A DNA stretch of 64,000 bases from Bugula neritina (Eukaryota > Animalia > Bryozoa), in NCBI GenBank assembly GCA_964035545.1, contig OZ037765.1:17422995-17486994 (forward strand), in the 5' to 3' direction. The notes below the pieces were generated by a model, which saw only the letters and a list, made by a program, of their open reading frames with translations, made no database searches and was not told the origin of the DNA. Shown here piece after piece: positions 45,170 through 58,937 of the stretch (positions within the stretch are counted from its first letter, which is position 1; each line of letters begins with the position of its first letter). A program made the position numbers and the translations under genes.

Positions 45170-48100
45170 CTGTTAGTCATGGATATTTGAATTTATTGGT
45201 GCTAAAGGTTTTAGAAATTTGATGAATGGTACAATGTTAAGACATGTTTACAGATCTTGTGCCTTTGAAGGATAACTTACAAACAATGCCTTAAAGCCTC
45301 TATCAACATGATGAGGGAGTAACTTCCTAAAACTATTCTGGGTCCGAGTGAACTTTGCATTGCTTTGTATGTAATATACAGATCTGAGCTCAAAATCCGA
45401 TCAAATTTATTTGCCTCCTTACTAACTAATACTTTGGTTTTGTATTATTTGAGAAAAACAATTGTAACACATTGAAACAGATGAAAGTGTTAGAATGTTG
45501 GATGACCTACTAAAAGTTCTACAAATTGCCTATTAAAATAGGATTACATGCAGATAAAAGTAGTCTCTAAAAGTAGCCTAATCAGTATAACAAAATATCT
45601 TATTTTTTATTAAATGAGATATTTCCAACTACCTAAATTTGGCCGTCACTGCAATAACGTTTACTCTAAGAGTAAAATAACATCTGCTGAAGTAGCTAGT
45701 AATAGCAAAAAGTCAGGCAAGATGTAAACACTCGTGTAGAAAGCTGATTCAGATAAGTGAGTTGAGTGATCAAAGAAGCAATATATTCTAATAATTCGGA
45801 TAAGATTATAGAGTGCATACTGTAGTGGCTGTAATAATGCTAATGGAGTCTATTGCAACTGACTTTTCTATATATAGTAATATTATAGCATCTATTCATT
45901 TAATGGGTACAAGAGATGTACCTATAGAACATAATATAGCAAAGTGGATAGCATAGTGTTGTTAACTATATATTATGCAATATATTATGTTGAAGTAAAA
46001 ATAACAAGCAACGGCTTGCAGAAAACTGAAAAATACCTTGCATAGCAATCTATTATTACTGGGAAACAAAGCAATTTTTAAATAGTAATGCATATGTTTG
46101 TTCATACAAAATGCTTTCAAAAGTAAAAAATGAACAGTTTGGTCCTACATATAGATTCACAATTGCATCTTTGCTAGAATGAAGCAACTTCAGTTGTTGT
46201 ACTACCGAGTAGTTAATGCTGATCGATTCAACTAGTACAAATTTATTCCCAGTCTTTCTTCACGTGCATCTCAAAGCTCCATTCGAGGTGCTTCTTTTTA
46301 TCATCATTTATGAAGGAGCAGGTCATTCTGCAACACATAATATTTCAGACAATGATCTGAAAAGTTTACATTCAAATATATATTAGTTTATAATTGAGCA
46401 ATAACAGCAAACATGCTACTATAACTGAGCCGTAATCTATACCATTAGAGCTAAAATTTTATTCTATAAGTCAAGGTCCTAGGTATAAACTTCCAAATTA
46501 TTTAAATTTGTTAAAACACCATGGAAATAGAAACCTTCAGTCTAGTATGAAAAACTAAATTATATAGTTGCAATGAGAAGATTTTGTAAAATCTGACTCT
46601 CAAGATTTAAGCAATGGCTGTTTTTAGCAGTACTTTTTCAATATGGAATTTATTATAGAAACTGATGAAATTCTAAAAAATGTCTTGTTGATCAACAGGC
46701 ACGTTACTGCTCAATTCTTCTCACTACTTGTGAGGAGTCAGTCTCCAAGCACTAGACTGAATAATTTTACTTCTATTATAATATTACTCTGAAAGAATAT
46801 GCTTCTCTAAAAAGTTTATAGAATAAAATAATTCAAGTTCATAACAGACACTATATTAGTAAATTATAGTAAATTTTCAACTACACTTATATAGGCTTAT
46901 GGCTTTACATTAATATTTAGAATTGTCTAGACTTTAGGACATACATCAAAGTTATTTTTACAGCAGAATTGATAATACAATATATAGGCCCAGAAATAAA
47001 AATTAATAATGATCAGCGCTTGAACCAAATGGCTCCTTTATAACACAAGTGGAATAAGCTAAGAACTCACTTGTAAGCACCTCTGGCAATCATTCCTTTG
47101 GGAACCTCATCAACAGGACTAAGAAGGGTCTGCACCTCACTCTTTGGGCCGTAGCTACCAACCATGTAAGATTGCTTATCAACTACAATATAGCAACTGA
47201 GTAATGTAACCCGTGCACTCATTAGAAAAGGACTAGAAGATTCATGCGCAGAAAAGGTTGAAAAATTAGCTTTAGTTTTCAGTTCTTATGCCCGATGCCT
47301 ATATTTCATAGTACCAGTATCAGTTTTATGCTTGCAGCTTGACATAGATCTTGGCATAGGCTGAAAAGTAAGTCAGATACAGCAAGTAGGTTCCACCGAG
47401 ATCAAGTGTATTTGTTTATTAACTAACCATTAATTCCTTTGCGGGAAGTTATGATATGCAGTTTGCGCCCAGATGCAATTTCTCGTTGTACACAAAAATT
47501 AATTTTAATGTTGTAAGCGGTTCCCTCTTTCATAATGAAACTTTGATCGCTGAGGCTAGAAACATCACCTATAAGACAACTTCTAACTAAAATAACTTGG
47601 CTGAAATACAAAGGAGAGCTTTTTATTACGATATTAAAAGTTCATTGTGCACCTGAAGTAAGATAGTCAAAGTGTTAATAAGACCAGAAGGTTATTTTTA
47701 AGTTGCATTTAGTTCTATTTTGCATATTCAATTGTATTTTAGTAGAAAGGTTATTCAACATTTATAAATTCTCTCTTATTATACTTCCTATAGAATATAA
47801 TTATTATATATAACTTATTTATTCACATTAATGAAAGCACTAATTTAATGATAAAGCAAGGCTATTCTCACCAGTAAGATCAAAAGTATAATCTTCTCGG
47901 CCTTCAACTACAAACGACATACTCTGCACTATAACTGTTCTAGGATCTTCTGGCCCTGTGAATTGTAATTTAACTTTTATATAAGTTTGCACAAAAATAA
48001 AAAAATTGTTCTTTTCTCTTGATCAGAAACAGCAATATTTATAAGTAATCAGAGTAACAATATGAGTGGCGCTGCCATTTTTATTAAAGTCTTGTCTGTA

Positions 48101-48368
48101 ACCAAAACAATAGCTTCAACACCTCTACTAAAATTACCTTTAAAATAACTTTATTGGTGGCACATTATCATCTGCTTCAGCCATTGCTTTGCAGTTCTAC
48201 CTATAGTAGCATAATATTCAGTCAGAGTAAAGCATATACAATAGGTTTTTTATTTACTCTAATACTTGCCAGATATTTACTTTGGACAGTACTAAGAGTA
48301 TTTTATATTCTGTATTTGTGTTAAGCATAACAAATGTAACATAAATAAAACCACTTAAAACAAAACTA
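45170..48368. repeat. Direct duplication of the RhoGDI block (~28870-35500, minus the 3.1 kb TE)
   Basis: Exons, introns, 3' UTR and downstream flank align colinearly; similarity stops at AAAACCACTTAAAACAAAACT (~48368 versus ~35500). Confidence 0.92.
46243..48184 (-). pseudogene. RhoGDI paralogue: exon 1 deleted/frame-broken; exons 2-5 intact (47955-47872, 47568-47428, 47182-47071, 46327-46243). Pseudogene or N-truncated gene
   Basis: MAEADDNVPP start is followed by loss of ~155 nt including the splice donor. Remaining exons have the same lengths (84, 141, 112, 85), splice sites and stop as copy 1, with no internal stops. Confidence 0.75.
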
Positions 48369-48394
48369 TATATATATATATATATATATATATT

Positions 48395-48428
<34 letters not shown>
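48368..48428. repeat. Compound (TA)n(GA)n microsatellite at the edge of the duplication
   Basis: Directly visible. Confidence 0.95.
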
Positions 48429-48431
<3 letters not shown>

Positions 48432-50690
48432 TTCCATTCGATGTTTGGAAGGCTTGCAGTAAATAAAACCACAACCATAGGTTGATGGAAACCACAACCA
48501 TGAATCTATCTTATGAGCATGCATATATTATAAACTGTTTGTAATTACCTTTATTACGGAATCTTGTAGATGTGCTGACTTCTTGCTTTTGGTACCTCTA
48601 TTTGAGTTGTGGTCTTGTAGAGAGCGACTCTAAAAAGCTTCTTTGGGGTAGGCTGTTGTAGGAGTAGGTGTAGCTCTGAAAAGGGGCGTGTCTTATGGAA
48701 GGGATAGGCTAAAGGCATGTGCTAGTCTCTATGGTGATGTATGGGTTCATTGTAGAATCTGCTGCACCAGCAGGGCAATTAGAATGAGTTTTATTGTTAT
48801 ATATAACTATATGTTATACAAAATTTACATACCATGGTTAGACAGAGCTGCACTGGTGTGCAGTGAACCAAAGGGTGTATCTTTTGAAGAGTAGTGTGGC
48901 AGAAGCAAAATGCTGATTAGTCACTGTAATCATTATTATCTTGCCTTGGTGTTGTCTTCTATTGCATCTGAGATCAATAGAGTTTAGAGTAACAACATAA
49001 TAGATGTCATGTATTGAATTGATTTGGTGCAGCCTTCTATTGCATTGTGAATACTTGAGTTTAGAGTTGCAACCTATTGAATGTTATGTAAGGCACTGCT
49101 TCGGACTTAGACCTGGATGGGGAGTCCGAAAATGGGACACTGTATACATGGCAAATGTGCCATCAAGTTGTTGTGTTCTTGTAATATTGTTAATTATACT
49201 CTATTATGACACGAGAGTAGCTAATCATGTTTATATAATCAGACAGCATAATAATGTAGTCAATAATGTAATTTTACTCCCTGAGGTCCTTATATACTAG
49301 TTGCCAGCCAGTGCAATATGTACAATATATAAACATAATGATAATTCAATCTAAATTATGTTATCCTAAGACTATGGTTACTGTTTTGATTATTGGCAGA
49401 CTTTTCATTTATTAACTGTAATCATGCTATGTCTTTCTTTTTTATTACCGTAGGAATAATAATAAAAAATATTATAAAATCATTTGTATATTTCAAGCAG
49501 TTACTTTGACTGCGGTTTTTATATTGTTAATTGACCAGTAATCAGATGTCCTGGCCATTACTAGGGTTCAGCTGAACTTTCTTGGAATTAATTTCATTCC
49601 TTTCAGCATATAATTAAGAATAGTATGACTATCACTACCAACGTTGTTGCGTTATTAGGATTTCATTACCGACAGAAATTGGATAGCATTTGAATAAAAA
49701 TGTTTGCCATTTATTAAGTAGAAGTCAGAATACAACATAGCTTCACCAGCTTGCAACAAATGAATGGCTAAGAACCAGCGTTAGATTTAACATGCTTCAC
49801 GATAAAAAACGTAGATGCACTGTTACCATTTTGTACTATTAGCTAATGCCTATGTTTTAACAACTTATGATCAAATAAATACGAATTCAGCATTGCAACT
49901 CGTGGCTGTAATTGCTATAAAAAAAACATAAAAAAGAGAAACATTTTTTACAACCCTTATAATTGTATACAATTGTCTAAGTAAAAACTCATAGAATAAC
50001 TAATGCTACATTCAAAGTTGCATTTTATTAGAATCTCTTGCATGAAATACATTTTCTCTACATAGAAAATTTTGCCGTTAAATATGTTATATCCAGCATG
50101 GTAACTTAGTTATATATTGTGCATAATGCACAGCGCATGCATAATATACCAATTATTTATCCGGTATACATATGTGGTATGAAGTGTCATAACATACAAC
50201 CAAGTCTGCATGTACAATATCATACTCAATAATATGTTTCTAATAAGTTAAGCACTCATTCATAGTTATGCTGTAATTATAATTAGTATGTTTGTATAGC
50301 AATTCTGAACATAGAGAAGATAGATACTCAATGCTTTTAAAAGAATATTAAATCAATATTGAAATAACCCAGATTAGTTCATTAGCTGCTACGGCACAGT
50401 AAGTATCTTTACCTTTGTCCTACTGCTTGATATATCCTCAGTGTTTACAGATTTTGTACCAGAAAAAGGGTATTGAGCAACTATAATCAACTGCAGCTGC
50501 TAAAAGTGAAGTATAGAAGCTTTTTTGTAATATTAAAATTCAAACGTTCTTCTATCAAACTAAAATATAAGGTATGCTACAATTTTTTAATTATTTTAGT
50601 TATAATTTTCTAAGGGTTGCTAGAATTCTCAAGCAAAGCTTTTATTTTGCAGTAAGAATCTTAACTTTAAAGAGTAAGTAACAAGAAATA

Positions 50691-53600
50691 ATGAAGTCCA
50701 TTGATTGGAGAAAAGAGGCTGGTTACCAAGAGCTGTGTTTAGAGGATGGAACAGGAGTAGCCAGTGTTATAGCATACGACGGCAGAAAACTTCCAACATT
50801 TGAAAACAACTTTCTAGCACGGATAGCAGGAATAAACAAGCATTTCAAATCAAAAAGAAATGACGTTCTAATATATGGATATATGAAATCAGGTACTTAC
50901 CATTGAGAGTTCAAAAGCTATTTTGTTAGTCAAACTCTACAATATCCTGCAAAAATGGTGCAATTTATAAAGATCCTCTGATGCAAACTATTAGCTGTCC
51001 CACTTTAGAAAACATTACAGCTACTTGTTGAAAGGGTACAACTCCTTCGGTATTATAGAGACTAGAAAGGGACAATTCTGCTAGGGAGACCATTTAGTTT
51101 TAAGCATTTTATCTGCCACATTGTTTTATAATAGTCTGTAGATCTGAGGTAGGTGCAGTAACTAATGAAGAAATAGAATAAAGCCTGTGCTCTAGATTAG
51201 AAATGTAGCATAAGAAGTTATGTTCTCATGAGAAGTTCAACCCAGCCTCAAACCAAAATTTAATAATGAAATTAAAGAGCTTAGGTTCTCTCAATTTCAT
51301 CACTACTGCTCCTAAATGGTAGATCTCAATGTCATCAAGGTATGGGAAGAGATACTAAAGTATAATTATTAAATGCAAGATTTAGTTATTTATGCTGATT
51401 GATTTATAACTGATGTAACCACCAGGTACACATTGGCTGTGGGAGATAATACAGATGCTGTTGAACAGCCAGTCACAGGATGTTGCTGCCGGTGTCAACA
51501 AATGCCAATCTTTCATTGAGACTCAAACCTACAGTGCACTAGGTGACCTACCTTCCCCAAGAGTTCTCAGCACACACCTTATGCCATCAGGCCTTCCATC
51601 TTCCCTCTTTAATAACTCAAAGGTGGTGGTTCCAATAAGAAATCCTAAAGACACAGCTGTGTCTCTTTATCATCACTTGAAGTCAGAAACCAAGGGTACC
51701 AATTTGAGATGTGGATGGGACGTGTTTATTGATAAAGTCTGGTTTGACCCTGAATTAGGTAAGTGACATAAAATAAATTAAACTATCAGCCTTTCAGCAA
51801 GTTTCCAGTGCTAAAATTTCAACTTCTATTTTCAATGTGTTAATCACTAATTGTTGCAAAGTTTCTTATTAACGTTGAAAGTATCCTAGATTATAAGTAA
51901 TAATGACTCCATATGTGACAACCATTGCATCTACAGTAACACCAGGTGGCATTCATTGCTAGCATTTCAGCATCTGGGCGACTGCAAAGCCAGTTTTTCA
52001 GTAATTTGTTATTGTTGGAAAATTTTTTAGCCTCTATATGCATAAAAAGCCAGTGTTTGTGCCAACATAACTATATAATATATATTGTGCTGTTTATATA
52101 TGAGCTAGATATTGTGACAGAAAAGAAGCTACAACTCAGTTAATGCAAAACAATATTGAGATTAGATAGACCAACCTTTATTATTTCTTTTAAGCATTTT
52201 ATGCCCCATGGACAGAATTTACCTCACTTGTGTGGAAAAAATGTCTAGAAGAAGACAACTACCACCCGGTGATATATGAACAACTCCTGGAGGTAAAAAT
52301 ATTTCTACTTGTCCAAACTAAAACTATTACGGGATTAGAGGTGATGATGCTACATTTCTGTCCCCTAGTTACAGAACAAGTTTTTAATTTCACTACTACT
52401 TCAAAAAGATATTGCACAAAACTAAAACACAGCAATGTTGAAATTTACTTATATAACGATTGGCCTAAAGTTGTATACATTGTTATACATATCTTACATT
52501 TACATGTTACAATAAATCTAAGAATTCAATCTGCTGTTGAAAGAACTTCAACACTCGAGTAGTTACTGCTGCGTATAATACATTAGTGCAACTTTTTAAA
52601 AAAGCTAAGTCGAGGGCTATACAACCAACTGTACTGTGTAGAAATTGCAATATTTTACAGCTACATAATATATTTTCCAGAACTATATATCTAGATTGCA
52701 CGGTGTCACAGAGCTACTAAAATGTTTTAGATTGCTTCTAGACAATTTCCGGCTACATCCTTTTTATATAATACATAGTTTGTTTGCTTTCCTATAATGC
52801 AAATAAACTATAAATAATTGTAAATGACTGCAAATTGAGATTACGTGAAGTATATAAGTAACTGTTATAATTAGTTCAGTTTCTCAACAGCAATTTATCA
52901 CATGCAGGTTGTAGTAGCACTGAAAAACCTTTTGAACTGCACCAGCTATACTTCCATGCTACATGGAATGCTAACTCCAATCATGTAAAAGAATTATTGG
53001 ACAGCATTTGGAGACCTTTGAGTCTTGTTCATTCAGTTCTGTTCTGTGATTATAAGTTACTAAGTATCCATGAAATAGAAGCTGCGACTGTACTATACTG
53101 TGACATCAAGTTTTAACAGAGTATATTCAAAACTTAGCAATGCTAAATATTCTGCTAAGCTAGTTAAAATTTAAAAAAAACCAGCAGTATAATTTGAGAA
53201 TTTCTAAGACGAAAAAAAATTGTTGTATGTTTTCGAAACCCTGGCTTCCTATATTTAGTATCATGTATTTACAAATCATTAAACATTATAAATATTACTC
53301 AGAATAGAGATTATAAGGTTATGCTGCAAGCTCCTTTATACATAATTATTCTTTGTAAGCAACTTTGATTCAAGCTTGACATAGAAATAAATGTGATGCT
53401 TCTATTTAAACCTGTAACTAAACTTTTTTCAAGAAATTAAAAGTTTTCACTAAAACAGCAAATATGAGAAATGCAGCACAAAAATAACAAATTAAATAAT
53501 TTCAACCTGTATAACTCCTCTCAAGCTACAAATTATCTTTTAAATTTTGACTCAAATACTATTACTTACATATCTTTTCCATTTTAGTTATGATTTTTAT

Positions 53601-54530
53601 AAGTTTATGTCTGAGTTGTCTATCACTCACACTGTCATCAAACATAGCCTTGGCTTTAGTCAAATTCTTTCTAGAACCCTGCAGTGATTATTAAAGATCT
53701 TGGATCATTTCTCGGTGTTTCCTCTCTCTCTGACAGCCGAATAGCACAGATAGTGCAAGCAACTGAGTTCAACAACATGAAAGTAAAAAAAGCTGATTCA
53801 GAGAAACCATTACAAGATACTTTTTGTGACGGTTACTCCATGTTCAGAAAAGGTAGCAATTGAAATAATGTGGTTAAAGAAATGTAGGAAAAGTTTAGAC
53901 TGCACTAAACAATGTGTAATGACAATTCTGTAAAAGAAATTAATAGCTAAAGTTAGTTAAAAACTTCTCACAATACTACCTTATTTCGGCTATTGTTTAT
54001 GCAGTTAGTTATATACGCTAAGAGCATGTGATGGTCAAATATAATATATGGGTAATTGAAGACTAACCCACATTACGTATAAGCTATATCAGTGATAATT
54101 ACACACTCTTATATATTCTTGGACAGTTTTTCATGAAATTATCATTTGGTTTGCAATCAAAAGGTATGAGGGTTTGCAGAGAGTTTGCTGCAGGTTTATA
54201 AGGACTATAAGTGTGCTCAAGGTCAGTTGAAAAATTAAAAGATTCAGTTTTTTTTTTAGTCTGTTGGTTTACTTTGGTAAATAAATAGACGTTTGAGTAT
54301 TTATGGCAGTAATGACTGGCAGCCTATAAAGTTTACAAGAAAACACTCGATCTGTATTTTGTCCATGCAAGATAAGATAACTGTTACTTACATGATTAAT
54401 TTTAGGTCAAGCAGGAGATTGGAAAAATCATTTCAGTACTGAGCAAGAGGAACTGTTTAATTCAAGAATGGAGGATGTAAAATCAAGAGATGAAAATATC
54501 AGACAAGTCATGTTATTTTATGAAAATTAA
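50691..54530 (+). CDS. Cytosolic PAPS-dependent sulfotransferase (SULT1-like, ~311 aa). Coding exons: 50691-50892, 51426-51758, 52195-52292, 53675-53852, 54406-54530
   Basis: 5'-PSB loop YMKSGTHW, PRVLSTHL (catalytic His), 3'-PB RNPKDTAVSLYHH, YEQL, F..MK and RKGQAGDWKNHF. Phases consistent. Confidence 0.95.
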
Positions 54531-55308
54531 CTATAATATGTAGTATAAAGCACAGTGCTGTTCTAAAGCTAAATGGACAACTATTTATTATTATTATTTA
54601 TGTATTTCTGTGAAATATAGCAGCAAATACATGCAGGTTGTCACAAAGTTGGTGAGCGGTGTGACGGTTTGTTTAGAAATATTATCTGGTGTCTGAAAAT
54701 ATCGAGTTGTCTTTCTCAGCCAGAATTAAAGATGAGATTTTCTGCAGTAATATAATGGTCTTTGTTGAGCTGTATGGTTTATAAGAACTTAATTATTGAA
54801 CTCCACTTTAAAAATAAAGCATCTGCTTTTATATTAAATTGACATGGGATAGACAATTCATTGTATTCCACAATGTGCATGAATCAGTATGGAACCTATT
54901 CATATCTTATAGTACAGTAAAAAGTGACTAAGTATGTAAACAAGTATTGGATTGCATAATAATAGGTTGTCATCAACTTGCATGACATACTAATAGGTGT
55001 TATAAATAAGTGTAAGCTAAATAACAAAAGAGTATGACATATATTATATATATAGCAATCTATGAAGTAAAATTTGTGATACAGGTATATATTGTTTAGA
55101 AAACTTACAGTTTCTATTGTTTCAGTTTATTATATCATTTATGCTATAGTTTTATAAAATGTATGCTCTTACTATGCTTAACTGCTATAAAAAGAGAACA
55201 ATACATCTGATTTTAAGTTACATATTATTTTGGTATTTTTAAGATTGCTTTATATTGGTAATAAAGTAATAAATTCTGCCAATATAGGTGATGCAGCATG
55301 TTGAATTC

Positions 55309-55730
<422 letters not shown>

Positions 55731-56864
55731 ATGTGTATGCATTTGCGTGTGTGTAAAGCTTTATATAACAATCGCTTTATATAACAATCTATGCTTAAAA
55801 TGAAACTTACAGAATTGTGTATAATCAACAATCATTATACAGAAAATAATATTTGAATCAAAATTCAAATATAAAAAGCAAATCTATAAAAACCTATGTC
55901 TGTTTTCCAGCAAATGCATAAATAATAGATATGTTAGTTTAGCTGATTGTAATATTTTTAAAACATAAAAGTCACACTAAAAATAACATATCACACTACA
56001 TTATTTCAAAGAAACATAATCTTATTTCCTGTTATAACTTTATCAACAAGGGCAGATTAACAAAATGAATTAACCAATGCAAACAAATTTGAAATACTGC
56101 TCAACAAACCACTGCTGTCGTTAATGAAAACAAAAATTAGAAATATTAACAATTATTTTATTGATAAGCAACACTTGTCACTCAAAAGGTAGAGAATAAA
56201 TTAATATGATGGTGATTATTAACATGGTTTCTTCAATATTTCAGAGGTTGTACAGCACAGTTTTAAAGGAATAGTTATATGTTGCTGGTTAGCACGATTT
56301 CATCTCTTAATTGGTTTCCCTTATTTTTATAGTTATAATATTTGATAACCTGACTGGGGATTACATATATTATTGTCTCTGCACTATAGATGCTAATTAA
56401 CGTAACAGTAGATTCTACAACTCAAAATATACAGCGAGCTGTGCATAATCCAAGTTGTTTAATACACGAGTGGAAGTCTGCTATCGTACTGGATTGTGAC
56501 AGTAACAAAGGATTTGACTTCATTTAATGAGTTGTATCCTCTTATCGTGCATTTAACAGTCTAGAAAATAGAGCATTGAAAATTATGTATACTTGCCTGT
56601 GATAGGTGGTTGCAAATGCAATGAGCAAATCACCATTTAATTCAGTTCATAAACCTCGTGGGTTCTTGTTCATGTTACCTCAATTTCTTTTTTTCTTTTA
56701 ACATTTTTCACTTCAACACACTACTCAAATTTTGATTGTTATTGTGTTGCCCTACGTTTTACTTTCTGAATTTTTATTTGGAAAGCTAATAGTCAATAGA
56801 ACTAGAAGTACTTATTTTAATTAAAACAAACAACTCAACAAGCCACTTTGACTTTCAAACTCAA

Positions 56865-58270
56865 AGTGCTCTTAGTCTTACTCTTACAGTTACTCTTTGA
56901 CTTGGAGTTAGTGACAATCACTTGGTCATGATTTCGCTGAGTTAGACTTAGTCATACTAATACTAATAGTGAGTTGGTGTTACTGGGTGATAGTGATGCA
57001 CTTGCACCGTTGCAGTAGCACTTACAATGATGGACAGTGATACTCATACTCATACTGATATAGATACTCTTACGGAGTCTTACGTCTTAGAGTTAGTGTT
57101 CCTGTCAGACTCTTACAGTTACTGCGATAGTCATAGTGAAAGTGAATATGATGCTGTAGCCAAGTGCTTCTACTATTACTAGTACTGGTAGTAGTAATAC
57201 TAGTCTAAACTAGCACCTTTATCACTACCACTCAGTACCAGTGGCAGTACTGTTGCCTGTAATACTACTACTACGTAAACGTAGTAGTGCTAATACTTTA
57301 GAGTGTAGTAGTACTAGTAGTGGTAGCACTAGTAGACATAGTACAAGTACTATGGTCTATCTAAAAAAGCTACTTCTACTTTTAGTACTACTCATAGAAT
57401 CTCTGAATAGTACTAGAACTAGCGTTTTCTTGAATTTATAATTATTCTATTTCTTAAATTTTTTACTTTTAGTTTTACTGTTTTACTTTTAGCATAAGTC
57501 CAGGTTATGGCCTATGCTTTATACTTTATAGTTACACTCATACTATAAGAATAACTACAGCAATAACAATAACTATAATTACAGTTACCATAACTGATAA
57601 CTATACCATAACTGATAACTATACGTATAAGTAGTTGCAAGTCTCTAAGTTATTAAGTTATGCTTAGAGGATTACAGTTGTCTTTACTGTTGCTTTTAAT
57701 TTTACTCTTAGTCTTAGACTCTAGTTAAAATAACCACCAAACCTCTTCAATGGCATCAGATTTATAGATGACTGCTAAAATTACTTTAAGTAATTGTCAC
57801 AAAACATCGTTTTATGACTGTTTTAATGAATTTGTATGAAGCTTCCTATGAAAAGGATTTGGTAAAAAATTGTTAAAAGCAGCTCATTATTCAATTTGTA
57901 ACTTCAGCTTCTCTAAATCCGAAGAGAACAGCAATCAAGTTTTTAAATCAATCAGTAGAGCAAGTCAAGTCAACAGTTTTAGAAAGTTGGAGAATTTCAA
58001 GTACTCATGTCAACACAACTTGGTCACTGTTTCAATAAGTAGTTTGTTGTAGTTATTATAGCTTTACTAATACTTCTTCTATAGTAACTAGTCACAGTTA
58101 TACTAATATTTACAGCCCTACATATACTTAATGTCTCATACGTTTCACTCATGTTTCTAATCACACCGGTACTCATAATCAGTGTTACTGATGGTCATAG
58201 CGCTAGCTGTGTGACTTGATGCTTGGTGTGTGGCTATAAGTGTTACCATAAGTATCAGCAAGACTGAACT
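56865..58270. repeat. Degenerate 6-nt-periodic TA tract (upstream of NAP1-like CDS)
   Basis: ACTCTTACAGTTACTCT at 56880-56896, ATACTAATAGT at 56960-56970, CTTACAGTTACT at 57112-57123. Confidence 0.75.
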
Positions 58271-58937
58271 TAAATTTCAATATCAGACAGCTATACACTT
58301 GATGAGTTGTCTTACACCTAATACAAAATAGAAATCTGCATTTGCTGTACATTTAATAAGAAAAGAAATTGTTAGATTTATTTTTTGCTTATTATCCCAT
58401 TGGTTTATATTTTCAGCAGATTCAGAAGTAGTAAAATTTCAGTAATTTCAAGTCTTTATAGGGTGAAAGGCTAATATGTGTATGTTGTACATGTTGAAAT
58501 AAAAACTTTTGTTTAATGACCTTTCTTAATCTATTTACAGCTAAACTAAGCTGATGCAAATACATATAGTTTTTAAGTTGCTATTTGAGATTGTTCAGCC
58601 ATTACATCTGTTGATATACTTTCTAGCAATTTACAGACAGCTAATTTGTACTAATAACATATTCATAGTTAATGATATGTTGAGCTACTAATTAGCACAG
58701 TATATTTTGTATAGTAATTTTAAATTAATCACCAGTTAACTTGTGGCTGACCCACATACATGAAATATCTCATAGACAGATTTGAGTATTTCTTTGGACA
58801 GCTAGTAAAATATGAGTCTACATTGAATCCCACCTGCTGTGGCTAATAGCAATCTTTGTAGTTACTGTATCATGATGATAATGTTTTGCTAACATTTTTT
58901 GCAGGCAGATTTCTTTCCATTAAACTAAAAAGAAGGA

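Noticed and set aside
45170-48368. Haplotype mis-assembly as the origin of the second RhoGDI
   Set aside because: About 19% coding divergence, only the RhoGDI block is repeated, and it is separated from copy 1 by a single-copy gene; a true duplication fits better, though read depth should confirm.
48549-48780. Replacement coding first exon for RhoGDI copy 2 (minus-strand donor AAG|GTAATT at 48549)
   Set aside because: The frame needed to join exon 2 has a stop 16 codons upstream and no ATG; at most a non-coding exon.
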